Source of the DNA: Escherichia phage vB_EcoM_Schickermooser
DNA: 64,000 nt
Reading direction: 5' to 3' (one strand)
Sequence record: NC_048196.1
Position numbers and translations under genes: made by a program. The first letter of the stretch is position 1, and every line of letters starts with the position of its first letter. Below, piece after piece: positions 55,353 through 64,000 of this stretch. The notes beneath the pieces are model-generated. The model was not told the DNA's origin, ran no database searches, and worked only from the letters and a program-made list of their open reading frames with translations.

Positions 55353-57163
55353 AGATGTTTCTCCCTTTGCAAAACTTCCTGCATTTTACCTTTGTTATAA
55401 GGCCGTGAATTAGGGGCAGAAAGATACCCTGATACACGTCTAACTACAGAAATAGTTTCTTCTTCATGGTTGCCACAATTAGGACACTCAAACCCTTTAG
55501 CCGTTGCCTTAAATTCTCCATGAAAACCACACTTAAAGCATTGATCCACGGGCTGATTAATACCAAAATAGTGAATATGTTCATAAGCGTAGTCTACTAA
55601 AGTCTCCAAAGCTTCTAAGTTATTCTTTAAGTTTGATGTTTCGACATAACTTATGTTACCACCATTGCTAATCTGTGCAAAACCTGCTTCATAATCCCAT
55701 TTTTCAAAAGGATTTGTTACCAACCATACAGGTTGATGAAAAGAATTAGTAAGATAGTCTCTTTCTACCAGACCTGGATATTTTTCATTTAAAGCTGTTG
55801 CAAATTTATAGCACAAGGATTCTGCTGGAGTTCCATAAAGACTAAATGCCAACTTAGATCGTTCTTTAAACACAGCACACACATCTTTCATATGTTGCAG
55901 AATGTTTTTACCTAGTTCCTTTTTATCTTTTTCCTCTGGATAAAGAATTTCCAAGGCTTCGGCAAGACCTACATAACCAATACTAATAGAAGCATAACCA
56001 CCTTCAAACAAAACACCAATTTCATCGTTGGCATTTAAACGCGCTAAAGCACCTTCCATGAAAAGAATAGGGTTTTCAGATGCTTTGGTATGTCTAATAC
56101 GGTTTACACGTAGCATGTGAGCATCGTAGGCTATCTCCATATGTTTATTAAGAAGATCGGTGAAAGATTCTCCTTTACTTCTCGCTTCCGCAGCAATCAG
56201 AGGCAAGTTGATAGAAACTACTCCAAGGTTGAATCGTCCATCATATTTTTCTCCTTGTTCGGTGGCATAGTACGACAAAAAGGAACGACAACCCATACTC
56301 GTAACGGTACCATCTGCTGATCCCGTAACTTCTTTGTTCAAAGGAACAGAAATAAAATCTGGATAAATACGATCAGCACAACATGCCAAAGCTTGTTGCT
56401 TAAGGTCGTAGTTAGGATCACTAGGTTTCATGTTAACACCTTCTTGTAAAAAGAAAATAACTTTAGGGAATACAGGCGTTACATGATCTTTGCCTAGACC
56501 GTTACTATGCACTTTAAGATAGTTAGCTGTGATCATTCTGCCAAAAACAGAGGTATCCAGACCCATACTGATTGTAATAAAAGGAGATTGTCCATTAACA
56601 CTCATTAAAGTGTTAACCTGATACAAGAGAGTTTGCATAGCGTCATATACATCTTGTTCGGTCATTTCTAGAGCTTCTTTCCTTGCATAACAACCGTAGC
56701 GACGTTTGGTTATCTCCATGTTTTTAAGGAAACTGGCTTCAACATAAGGACTAAGACCTTTATCAATGTGAGCACACGTCTGACCTCCATACTGACTGGA
56801 GGCAACAGCTTGGATGATTTGAGTTAGCACTGTAGTAGCTACTCCAATAGATTTTGGTTTTTCTATCTGTGCAGCACCGATCTTAAAACCATTCTCTAAC
56901 ATATCTTGATAATTAACAAGACAACAGTTTGTAAGAGGAGAGAGCAGATAATCCAAGTCGTGAATATGTCCAAAACCTTCTGTATGCCATTCTGACAAGT
57001 TTTTTGGCAGTATCTGTGTCATTGCCATATGTTTGCTTAAAATCCCCGCCAAGAGATCCCTATGCGTGTTAACGAGGTGGGAAGGTTTGTTTGCATTCTC
57101 TCTGGTGTATGTTTCTGAAGTGCGATCTAAAAAAGAAAAAACATCTTGGTACAAATCTTTCAT
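55349..57163 (-). CDS. nrdD: anaerobic ribonucleoside-triphosphate reductase (class III)
   Basis: 604 aa; C-terminal zinc site CFKCG...CPNCG and glycyl-radical motif RRVSGYL. Confidence 0.85.
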   Translation of the reverse strand: MKDLYQDVFSFLDRTSETYTRENANKPSHLVNTHRDLLAGILSKHMAMTQILPKNLSEWHTEGFGHIHDLDYLLSPLTNCCLVNYQDMLENGFKIGAAQIEKPKSIGVATTVLTQIIQAVASSQYGGQTCAHIDKGLSPYVEASFLKNMEITKRRYGCYARKEALEMTEQDVYDAMQTLLYQVNTLMSVNGQSPFITISMGLDTSVFGRMITANYLKVHSNGLGKDHVTPVFPKVIFFLQEGVNMKPSDPNYDLKQQALACCADRIYPDFISVPLNKEVTGSADGTVTSMGCRSFLSYYATEQGEKYDGRFNLGVVSINLPLIAAEARSKGESFTDLLNKHMEIAYDAHMLRVNRIRHTKASENPILFMEGALARLNANDEIGVLFEGGYASISIGYVGLAEALEILYPEEKDKKELGKNILQHMKDVCAVFKERSKLAFSLYGTPAESLCYKFATALNEKYPGLVERDYLTNSFHQPVWLVTNPFEKWDYEAGFAQISNGGNISYVETSNLKNNLEALETLVDYAYEHIHYFGINQPVDQCFKCGFHGEFKATAKGFECPNCGNHEEETISVVRRVSGYLSAPNSRPYNKGKMQEVLQREKHL

Positions 57164-57224
57164 TATTAATCCTTATTTTGTGAGTAGAACTATTATTCTA
57201 CCTCTTCCAACCGAAAAAAGCTTT

Positions 57225-57246
57225 GAGGGAAATCAAAAAAGGCGCA
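57225..57246 (-). terminator. rho-independent terminator upstream of nrdD block
   Basis: GGCGC-aaagt-GCGCC hairpin followed on minus strand by TTTTTTGATTT. Confidence 0.65.
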
Positions 57247-57266
57247 AAGTGCGCCTTTAAGTTTTA

Positions 57267-58652
57267 TCATTTGGAGAGGAATTGTCTTCCCATGATCTTA
57301 CCGTTCTTCACAGCGGTCCCATCGTGTCCATTGTAATCCCAGGTTCCATCGATATTACGCAAGAAGCTATCACGAACAGTATAGGCTTTACCGTTCTCTA
57401 CTTTACTTTCTTCCACAATGATTGCCATAACAAGCTTATTTTCAATTTCGGTAGTAACCGATTCTTTGATACCCTCTGTAACTTCACGATCATATTGGAT
57501 ATAAACTCGCTCCTCGGTTACTTGCACGTCTACCACATTTTTAAATGTGTAGGTCTGTTGCGTAGTGTAGAGGACACGAACGACACTCTTCTTACCTACC
57601 GGAGGCTTCTTACGAGGCTTACGGTAACGTGGTTTAGGGTTGTTAGTTGGAAGCCAACCAACAATATCCCGATCATATCCAACATGACCCCAAGTGAAAT
57701 GCGTAGCCGATCCACTATCCGTAGTTCCGTCACGAAAGAGAACTTCTACGTGACCACCACAAGGGCGGTGTCCACCATTATTATAGTTGTATTTTGCCGT
57801 GCGCGGGAGAATGAAGTATTCTTTAATCGCCCACTCTTCCAGATTGTCGATATTCCAAGTGAATACTGTTCCCTTAGCAACATCTGTTTGACCATTGTTG
57901 AAGCGAACCTGCACGAAATCTTCTGAAGGCATAACACCTGTGTTCGGCAGATATTCAAATGCAGTATCTTCCGCTACAAACTGTTCTTCCTCTTGCTCCT
58001 CAATACTTGGCACAGGCGCAGCTTCATCGTATTTCGCAGCAAACATATTTTTAAATTCTTGAGCCGTGACTTCTACAAGGCCGCGATCACCAGTAGCAGC
58101 AGAGTGTGGGCGTGGTAAATCCCCAACTTCAATATGCATTGCATCTAAGCCTGCTTGACGATCAAAGAAGATAACCTTGCGGAATTGTTTATCTTTATAT
58201 TGTGGCAGTTCATACATACTTGGATCGATTGTCTTCAAACGTTCAGCATCTTCTGGCTTCCAGAAGCTTTTACCTGTTGCAAATCTAAAGTCTACCAGTA
58301 GTTTAACAACATCTCCTAATGATAAACTATCTGCATCTACGAAAACGTCTTCGATTCCCAATAACCCTGATTTCTTAAGAATCAGATCTAACATGTAACC
58401 TCCTGTGGTTTGTTCTGCATCTGGATAACGATCAACACTGGTGCTGGTTACACCGTTTATTTCACCAGTGGAGGCATTGTAGGAAATATATGGGAAGGTC
58501 ATATCGTTCATTGCAAAATCACCTGAACAGGTTGGATCATCTTCTCCCTCCCAGCCATACACCTTCACAATACCTTCACACAATTTGTCATACACACCAG
58601 CGCGACGTGCTGCTTCAGCAACTTCCTGTTTACGGGCAAATTTATTAATCAT
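57267..58652 (-). CDS. hypothetical protein (461 aa)
   Basis: Start at ATG 58652 with AGGAGG RBS. Confidence 0.4.
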   Translation of the reverse strand: MINKFARKQEVAEAARRAGVYDKLCEGIVKVYGWEGEDDPTCSGDFAMNDMTFPYISYNASTGEINGVTSTSVDRYPDAEQTTGGYMLDLILKKSGLLGIEDVFVDADSLSLGDVVKLLVDFRFATGKSFWKPEDAERLKTIDPSMYELPQYKDKQFRKVIFFDRQAGLDAMHIEVGDLPRPHSAATGDRGLVEVTAQEFKNMFAAKYDEAAPVPSIEEQEEEQFVAEDTAFEYLPNTGVMPSEDFVQVRFNNGQTDVAKGTVFTWNIDNLEEWAIKEYFILPRTAKYNYNNGGHRPCGGHVEVLFRDGTTDSGSATHFTWGHVGYDRDIVGWLPTNNPKPRYRKPRKKPPVGKKSVVRVLYTTQQTYTFKNVVDVQVTEERVYIQYDREVTEGIKESVTTEIENKLVMAIIVEESKVENGKAYTVRDSFLRNIDGTWDYNGHDGTAVKNGKIMGRQFLSK

Positions 58653-59199
58653 GATTCCTCCTGTTAATTGCCATAGATGCACGAGGTTCGGCTATGGCTG
58701 TTGCATAAATATATGGATGACCTTGTGGAGAAGTTCTCATCCCAAACGAACCTAATTCTAACCCATACATATCTTCCACGTCAAGACCAATATCTGTCTC
58801 TATGATTTGAGTTTGAACTTTGTAATACGTCCAAAAGAAATAGCGCATAGTTTCGGCATATTCTTTGACGGACGCTCCTGGATAAAACTCAATAATTTCC
58901 AACTTTAAGAAAATGTTAAAATGAGCATCATCCAACTCTTCTTCTGTTCGGTAGCAAGGTGTTAGAGCCATATAAGGATGATCTGTTGAAAATTCAAACC
59001 CATCTTTCTCCATCTGAAGGAAAGACTGCTCTGCACTAGCTACGTAGAACTTACCATTAGGATGCCCCAAGGGGCGATCCTCTTTACCTTCTGGTAATGT
59101 ATATGCAAGGATATCCGCATCTACAAGATAAGGGACTTCCAACATCTCCGCAAATCGCCCGTAGTAATCAATAGCTTGAGCAATAACAGCTACGTTCAT
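58645..59199 (-). CDS. hypothetical protein
   Basis: 184 aa. Confidence 0.4.
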   Translation of the reverse strand: MNVAVIAQAIDYYGRFAEMLEVPYLVDADILAYTLPEGKEDRPLGHPNGKFYVASAEQSFLQMEKDGFEFSTDHPYMALTPCYRTEEELDDAHFNIFLKLEIIEFYPGASVKEYAETMRYFFWTYYKVQTQIIETDIGLDVEDMYGLELGSFGMRTSPQGHPYIYATAIAEPRASMAINRRNHD

Positions 59200-59447
59200 G
59201 ATCTTCCTCCTGTGCGGAAAGCGCGTTTAGTAATGTTGGACATAATGATTAAATCTTGTAAAGTCATATCTGGGAACTGTTGTTCTAAAACTCCCTCAAC
59301 AGCACCTATAATATCTGATAATTCAACAAGTTGCATTATTTTGCAATCCTGTTCAACAGCATCAAAAAGTTCTTCTACTTCCTCTTTAATCTTTTCTATG
59401 CTGCCATAAGGTTGTTTCTTAATGTCTGTTATGTGATACCCCGCCAT
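59196..59447 (-). CDS. MazG-like nucleotide pyrophosphohydrolase (tentative)
   Basis: 83 aa helical protein with EEVEEL...E..D acidic motifs reminiscent of MazG/HisE fold. Confidence 0.35.
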   Translation of the reverse strand: MAGYHITDIKKQPYGSIEKIKEEVEELFDAVEQDCKIMQLVELSDIIGAVEGVLEQQFPDMTLQDLIIMSNITKRAFRTGGRS

Positions 59448-61040
59448 TTAACGATCCTCTCTGATTTGATTAATCTTACGAGCAAGGGCAGCTATAAGCT
59501 TATCTTCTTCGGATACAGGAGCCGTGCTCTTACCTAAACGATGCATGTCTAGAATCTCTTGAACAGTCCGGTTCCATTGTAGACATTTAATACAACGTGT
59601 ATGTGCAACATACAGAAGGTTTCGTTCTGATTCTTCAAGACCTACCCACTCACCCTTCTTATCATAATTAGAAGGGAAGTCATTTGCAACAATAACCTGA
59701 TCCCATTCCAAACCTTTTGATTTGTGGGCTGTAGTTAAAGTAACTTTAGCCGTTGGAGAGTTACGGTGCATACGTAAAGTGTATGCAATATTATTAGCTT
59801 TACCAGAAACAACAATGTTTAAAAGTCGTTTTGCATCAGGATCTGATTCTGCACACTCTACAAATTCTTCCCAAGAAGTGTAAGGTAGAACTGTCTCATG
59901 CTTAACTTTGTCCAAATCACCTCTACGTAAAGCATTAACACTATCAACCATAGAAATGAAATCTTTGGTATCTACGTTAATAATAATCTCTTCTCCGTTA
60001 GCGATTCGGTCCATAGCTTCGAGCAACAGAGTCAAATTCTTACGGAAAATAATGGTGTAAGGTTTACTATAATCTACTACATCAGAATGAAAACTTCCAG
60101 TGACAGTATCATAACCTTTGCCTACCAGCGGATGCTTCAGAGGTGAGCGATCAGAAAGGATCGCATTGGCAATGTCCGCAACTTTAGGACCAAAGCGAAA
60201 ACAAGCTGTCAGAGGCAACTCAACCCCATATGTAGCCGTTTGCTTCATCATGTTCTGGCTTCCACGGAACTGATAAATACTCTGAAATTCATCACCCACA
60301 ACAACAATACGTTTAGCCGATTTAGCATTGCGAAGGATAGACAGGAATGCAGGGTTAACATCCTGGAATTCATCTCCAAAAATAATATCGTATCCTAAAT
60401 CTTCTTTACTCAATTCAAAGAGTTTCACATAGGTGTCATGAGTCATAATGGTTTCTGATTTAGGATCAATACGCTCACGCCAAAGTTGCTTCGCATATTT
60501 AACAACTTCATTAATAAGTTTTTGTTCGTTGATGTTCTTACGTTTAAGATCTGACATATGCACTTTAGGAAAATGTTTATGTCCAATATGTTCATCGTCA
60601 GAAAACTCATATTTAGCTAAAGTTTGTTTTACCATTAGCCCGATCATTGCACGAGTCAGTAGCACTTTACCATTCTTATCAATCAAATTCTGAATCTTGA
60701 ATTTTTTGGCAATCTCACTACCAGTTCCAGCTACGTTAACATATTGACCTTCTGGACGAGACAATTTGTGTCGAAGGTTTTGTGGAAGACGTTGGTAACA
60801 GATTGAATGTAGCGTTCGGCACATAACGTTAGGCGGCATTTTACGTCGAGCTTCCTCTGCCATACTTTTGTTAAACGCCAAGTATAGAATACTATCATTT
60901 GTGCCATTAGCCAACATATATAGTGTTGACGTTTTACCTGATCCAGATTTAGCTTGAATTGTAACGAAACGATTTTCTTTATACCCGCTTTCAATAGCGT
61001 ATTGTTCCTCGGTAGGTGTAAAACTCAATTGTGTAGACAC
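59448..61040 (-). CDS. UvrD/Rep-type superfamily 1 DNA helicase
   Basis: Walker A AKSGSGKT; motif II FGDEFQD; 530 aa. Confidence 0.75.
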   Translation of the reverse strand: MSTQLSFTPTEEQYAIESGYKENRFVTIQAKSGSGKTSTLYMLANGTNDSILYLAFNKSMAEEARRKMPPNVMCRTLHSICYQRLPQNLRHKLSRPEGQYVNVAGTGSEIAKKFKIQNLIDKNGKVLLTRAMIGLMVKQTLAKYEFSDDEHIGHKHFPKVHMSDLKRKNINEQKLINEVVKYAKQLWRERIDPKSETIMTHDTYVKLFELSKEDLGYDIIFGDEFQDVNPAFLSILRNAKSAKRIVVVGDEFQSIYQFRGSQNMMKQTATYGVELPLTACFRFGPKVADIANAILSDRSPLKHPLVGKGYDTVTGSFHSDVVDYSKPYTIIFRKNLTLLLEAMDRIANGEEIIINVDTKDFISMVDSVNALRRGDLDKVKHETVLPYTSWEEFVECAESDPDAKRLLNIVVSGKANNIAYTLRMHRNSPTAKVTLTTAHKSKGLEWDQVIVANDFPSNYDKKGEWVGLEESERNLLYVAHTRCIKCLQWNRTVQEILDMHRLGKSTAPVSEEDKLIAALARKINQIREDR

Positions 61041-61054
61041 GTATTTCTCCTCTC

Positions 61055-61570
61055 TTAATAAAAACTCTTGACAATCCTCATCATTTCCTTAGCTCTGCTG
61101 GCATAAGGTTCTTTTAGATTAGGTGGCAAATGTGCATTAATGTACCCCATTTGTTTTTCCCATGTCCACTTATCTTTAAATCTTGGCATGGTGTCTCCTG
61201 CTAAACTGTTTTCTTTTCGTGTTTGAATAATCCAATTACATGGAAAATGCACACCACCTTTACGGAAGGGAATATAATGTCCCAATGTGAATGCCTTATT
61301 GTTCTTTAAACGTCCAGCTAAATTAAGATTAACAATAAGACTACGAAACACGTAGTATTGATAAAGATTGTCAACAGTATATACAGAGTAGTATGCTCTA
61401 AGTGCATTATCTCTACTAAGATTACCAACATCCAAACTGCACCAGTTTAAATTACTTGGATCGTAGTTGTGATTATCAATCCATTCTTCTCTTTCCTCAA
61501 ATTCTGCATTAACAGCAGACTGCCCTGCTGTAGATACAAAAAGAGAATTTGCATCAAAGAACATACTCAC
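61055..61570 (-). CDS. HNH endonuclease-like protein (tentative)
   Basis: GHYIPFRKGGVHFPCNWIIQTRKEN resembles H-N-N/H core. Confidence 0.4.
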   Translation of the reverse strand: MSMFFDANSLFVSTAGQSAVNAEFEEREEWIDNHNYDPSNLNWCSLDVGNLSRDNALRAYYSVYTVDNLYQYYVFRSLIVNLNLAGRLKNNKAFTLGHYIPFRKGGVHFPCNWIIQTRKENSLAGDTMPRFKDKWTWEKQMGYINAHLPPNLKEPYASRAKEMMRIVKSFY

Positions 61571-61577
61571 TCCCCCT

Positions 61578-61931
61578 TTAGTTTACATCGTTTAGAGCAT
61601 TACCAATCTTTAAGATAATAACATCATTAAGAGCTTCTTCTCCATTAAGACCAGAGAAAGCAGGAGTAACGAAAGTTACCATATAATAATGGTCTTCTTG
61701 TAGGATTGCGATAACGCCGTCTAGTTTAACATCTCCTGTGAAACGAAAAACTTTCAACTTTTGTTCTAAAGGGAGATCTCCTTCAACATTTAAAACCATA
61801 TCTCCGACACCAAACTTTTCTGCCCCGATGTAGATGTAAGCTTGGTCCTCTTTTTTATGATAATACAGTGTTGCTTGTTTGTCTTGTAGTGTTGTGATAC
61901 CAAACACATCTACATCAATAATATTTTTCAA
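61578..61931 (-). CDS. hypothetical protein
   Basis: 117 aa. Confidence 0.4.
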   Translation of the reverse strand: MKNIIDVDVFGITTLQDKQATLYYHKKEDQAYIYIGAEKFGVGDMVLNVEGDLPLEQKLKVFRFTGDVKLDGVIAILQEDHYYMVTFVTPAFSGLNGEEALNDVIILKIGNALNDVN

Positions 61932-61942
61932 AAATTCTCCTC

Positions 61943-62485
61943 TTATTTTGTGTTGACCTTATTTCGCATTAACCTGTGGGATACAGAGTTGCGAGATCTG
62001 TTTAGAACCTTACCAATCCCTGCATGACTATACCCTTCACTATTTAACTTTTCAAGAATCTGGTCTTCTTCCTCTGTCCAGTAGCGGCGTTTAGCTTGTC
62101 TATCATCCACACCATACATGATAGGTTGCTTTACATCCATCACTTTTAGCAATCTGACAGCCTCTTCCGCTTTCTCTTTTTTGAAACGGAGATAAGGGAT
62201 TAAATTCTCAAGCAATCTTATCACACTTTCTCTGCTGCTAACATTGATATTATACATCAAATTATCATATTTTTCAGCCCAAGCTACGCGCGATGTGAAA
62301 GAGACAGTATATCCATAACTTTCCAACTCTTTAGCCAAATCGGTCATTTCTTCTGCCGATCTCTCGTGTTGTGTAAGGTTTACTGTGTAGGAGTCTGAAG
62401 TCTCCCTGTTTCTGCTTATAATAGACCCATCACAATCTATGCAACCTGCGTAGTAAGCATAAAACAGTTGTTCTTTTATGTCCAC
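61943..62485 (-). CDS. LAGLIDADG-like homing endonuclease candidate with C-terminal Myb/SANT-like segment
   Basis: YYAGCIDCDGSI resembles LAGLIDADG motif; C-terminal WTEEEDQILEKL resembles Myb/SANT helix. Confidence 0.4.
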   Translation of the reverse strand: MDIKEQLFYAYYAGCIDCDGSIISRNRETSDSYTVNLTQHERSAEEMTDLAKELESYGYTVSFTSRVAWAEKYDNLMYNINVSSRESVIRLLENLIPYLRFKKEKAEEAVRLLKVMDVKQPIMYGVDDRQAKRRYWTEEEDQILEKLNSEGYSHAGIGKVLNRSRNSVSHRLMRNKVNTK

Positions 62486-62489
62486 AATA

Positions 62490-62852
62490 TTAACCTAAAC
62501 ACATACGTGCGATCAGACCCTGGATGAGTTTATCTGCTTCTTCGCGATCATAGTCGGTATCTTCTATACCACCATCTTCGTCACGATAAACTTTACCTTC
62601 CAGGTACCCAGCATCGATCAAACCAATAATCAAATCGAACTGCCAGCAAGAGTTACCGAAAGGACGTTTTCCACTGAAACTGTCTTCTTCTTCCCAAAGT
62701 GTAGAGAGCAGTCGTCTGAAATATTCACGCACAGTAACAGTGCCAAGATCATCGTCTTCAAAAACAACATCTAAAGCATCTGGTTCAGCTTTCTCTACAA
62801 CAGGCACATAACGTTGACCATTAATAACAACATCTACAATCGTTTCTCTCAT
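62490..62852 (-). CDS. hypothetical acidic protein
   Basis: 120 aa, D/E-rich. Confidence 0.4.
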   Translation of the reverse strand: MRETIVDVVINGQRYVPVVEKAEPDALDVVFEDDDLGTVTVREYFRRLLSTLWEEEDSFSGKRPFGNSCWQFDLIIGLIDAGYLEGKVYRDEDGGIEDTDYDREEADKLIQGLIARMCLG

Positions 62853-63211
62853 TTTTCCTCCTTCTTGTATTCTAAGAACATGTCAACTTCATAAGCTGTC
62901 CGTTCATCAAATTTGCTAGGATCTACTAAAATAAAAAGTTGTTTATTTATATCTTGAAACTCTTTTACTACAATGTAAAGGTGTTTCTTACAAGAGAAGC
63001 TTGTTGCTTGATAAGCATCACCCCAATTATCCACACCTTTTAATGTTTCTACATACTTACATTTTATTTTATCTTTACCATCTTGGTAAAGTGCTTCACC
63101 TCCGAACCATGTGAAGAATTTAGTGCGATCTGCCCCAACCTTAAAGCCGTCACGAGCAAAAACACCAGTAGAGGCTAGTAACAGCAAGGCAAACAGCACT
63201 TTTCTCATCAC
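62849..63211 (-). CDS. secreted/periplasmic protein with signal peptide
   Basis: N-terminal MMRKVLFALLLLASTGVFA signal-like sequence. Confidence 0.5.
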   Translation of the reverse strand: MMRKVLFALLLLASTGVFARDGFKVGADRTKFFTWFGGEALYQDGKDKIKCKYVETLKGVDNWGDAYQATSFSCKKHLYIVVKEFQDINKQLFILVDPSKFDERTAYEVDMFLEYKKEEK

Positions 63212-63516
63212 ATCTCCTCGTCGGACTTCAAGGCTTTAGAGAATACTACATTAAACATTTCACCGCAACCATTATTAACATAATACATGATGTAATTATC
63301 ATCTTCATCTACAGGCGCACGATACTCCAATTCATAACTATACAAATTAGAATTACTTGTGCAACCTTGTGGATACCAAAAGTAAAGTTCACCCCAAGAT
63401 TCTACCCATTTAAGACCAGTCCGATCTTCAAACACCAATGTAGAAGGGTTTTCTGAATCTTTCACAGCTTCTTCATACTGTTGATGTACCATGACTGCTA
63501 ATGACAATGTACTCAT
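63208..63516 (-). CDS. hypothetical protein
   Basis: ATG at 63516 overlaps upstream stop; track GTG start 63519 less likely. Confidence 0.4.
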   Translation of the reverse strand: MSTLSLAVMVHQQYEEAVKDSENPSTLVFEDRTGLKWVESWGELYFWYPQGCTSNSNLYSYELEYRAPVDEDDNYIMYYVNNGCGEMFNVVFSKALKSDEEM

Positions 63517-63689
63517 CACGCCTCCAAATAGTGTTTACAAATGACAAAACGCCATGTTTGTTTGTAATAGTCTCTTTTTTCAAGAGCCTCTTTGTAAGAG
63601 GGTATACGTTGCGACAGAAGCATCCATTCACAATCTGCACCCATTCTTCCATAAAGCGCGTAACGGATGTTACTTTGTTTATCTCCCAT
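63516..63689 (-). CDS. hypothetical small protein (57 aa, not in ORF track)
   Basis: ATG at 63689 with AAGGAGG RBS; stop overlaps next start. Confidence 0.4.
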   Translation of the reverse strand: MGDKQSNIRYALYGRMGADCEWMLLSQRIPSYKEALEKRDYYKQTWRFVICKHYLEA

Positions 63690-63732
63690 AAATGCCTCCT
63701 TAATCTTGTTTACAAGTATACCCTCTAATTAG

Positions 63733-63930
63733 TTACACTTTTTCCCAAGTACCAAAAGCACAGGAAGGGTAGATTCCAACTTGAGGGTTTCCGTTATCAT
63801 CTTTGAAAGTAAAACTGTTGTTGTCTTTATCAAGAACTGTAGAATAAATCTTACCAACAGTAACGCAGTTGGAAGCTTGACCCAGTTCAGTAAGAGTAAG
63901 ACATTTCATTTTCTGTTTCTTTGTAGCCAT
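63733..63930 (-). CDS. hypothetical small protein
   Basis: 65 aa; AAGGAGA RBS; first gene after promoter. Confidence 0.45.
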   Translation of the reverse strand: MATKKQKMKCLTLTELGQASNCVTVGKIYSTVLDKDNNSFTFKDDNGNPQVGIYPSCAFGTWEKV

Positions 63931-63960
63931 TTATAAAGTCTCCTTAGTAAGTGAATCTTT

Positions 63961-63990
63961 ATTCTACACAAAGAGCTTTGCACATGTCAA
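63961..63990 (-). promoter_or_regulatory. sigma70-type promoter (TTGACA-N18-TAGAAT)
   Basis: On minus strand -35 TTGACA (63990..63985), -10 TAGAAT (63966..63961). Confidence 0.6.
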
Positions 63991-64000
63991 GTAACTCTTT

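Noticed and set aside
57282-57926. 214-aa plus-strand ORF antisense to the 461-aa hypothetical gene
   Set aside because: Embedded antisense; the minus-strand gene has a strong RBS and operon context.
1-64000. tRNA genes, CRISPR arrays, integrase/transposase or att sites
   Set aside because: Intergenic gaps over 70 nt (9840-9961, 37540-37631, 44069-44168, 51766-51844, 57164-57266) are occupied by promoter or terminator elements with no cloverleaf-like structure; no direct-repeat/spacer arrays and no recombinase-like ORFs were recognised. A tRNAscan or CRISPR-finder run would be needed to be certain.

Overview
This 64-kb window reads as one contiguous segment of a tailed dsDNA phage genome with a contractile tail (myovirus-type), most likely infecting a Gram-negative host (AGGAG-type RBSs, TTGACA/TATAAT-like promoters, lipobox and signal-peptide proteins). 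All calls are from reading the sequence and ORF track by eye; no searches were run. Nt 1-31076 (+ strand) is a late structural module: prohead protease/scaffold (partial), decoration protein, major capsid protein, neck genes, tail sheath, tube, chaperone pair with a -1 frameshift site, tape measure, baseplate genes, and four receptor-binding proteins (short fiber with assembly chaperone, beta-helix tailspike, collagen-like fiber, Ig-like-domain fiber). Nt 31140-64000 (- strand) is a convergent early/replication/auxiliary module: SSB, minimal nucleotidyltransferase, family A DNA polymerase, N6-adenine-type methyltransferase, T7 gp4-like primase-helicase, four glycosyltransferase-like genes, a signal-peptide SleB-like cell-wall hydrolase, anaerobic RNR NrdD/NrdG, UvrD-like helicase and homing-endonuclease-like genes. 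The most unusual content is a phage-borne Ter-like gene set (TerD, vWA-TerF-like, TelA-like, TerC) lying next to a TARG1/DarG-like macrodomain, a PRT-type protein and a HAD hydrolase. No tRNA, CRISPR array, integrase or transposase was recognised. The two modules meet at a bidirectional terminator (31077-31112).
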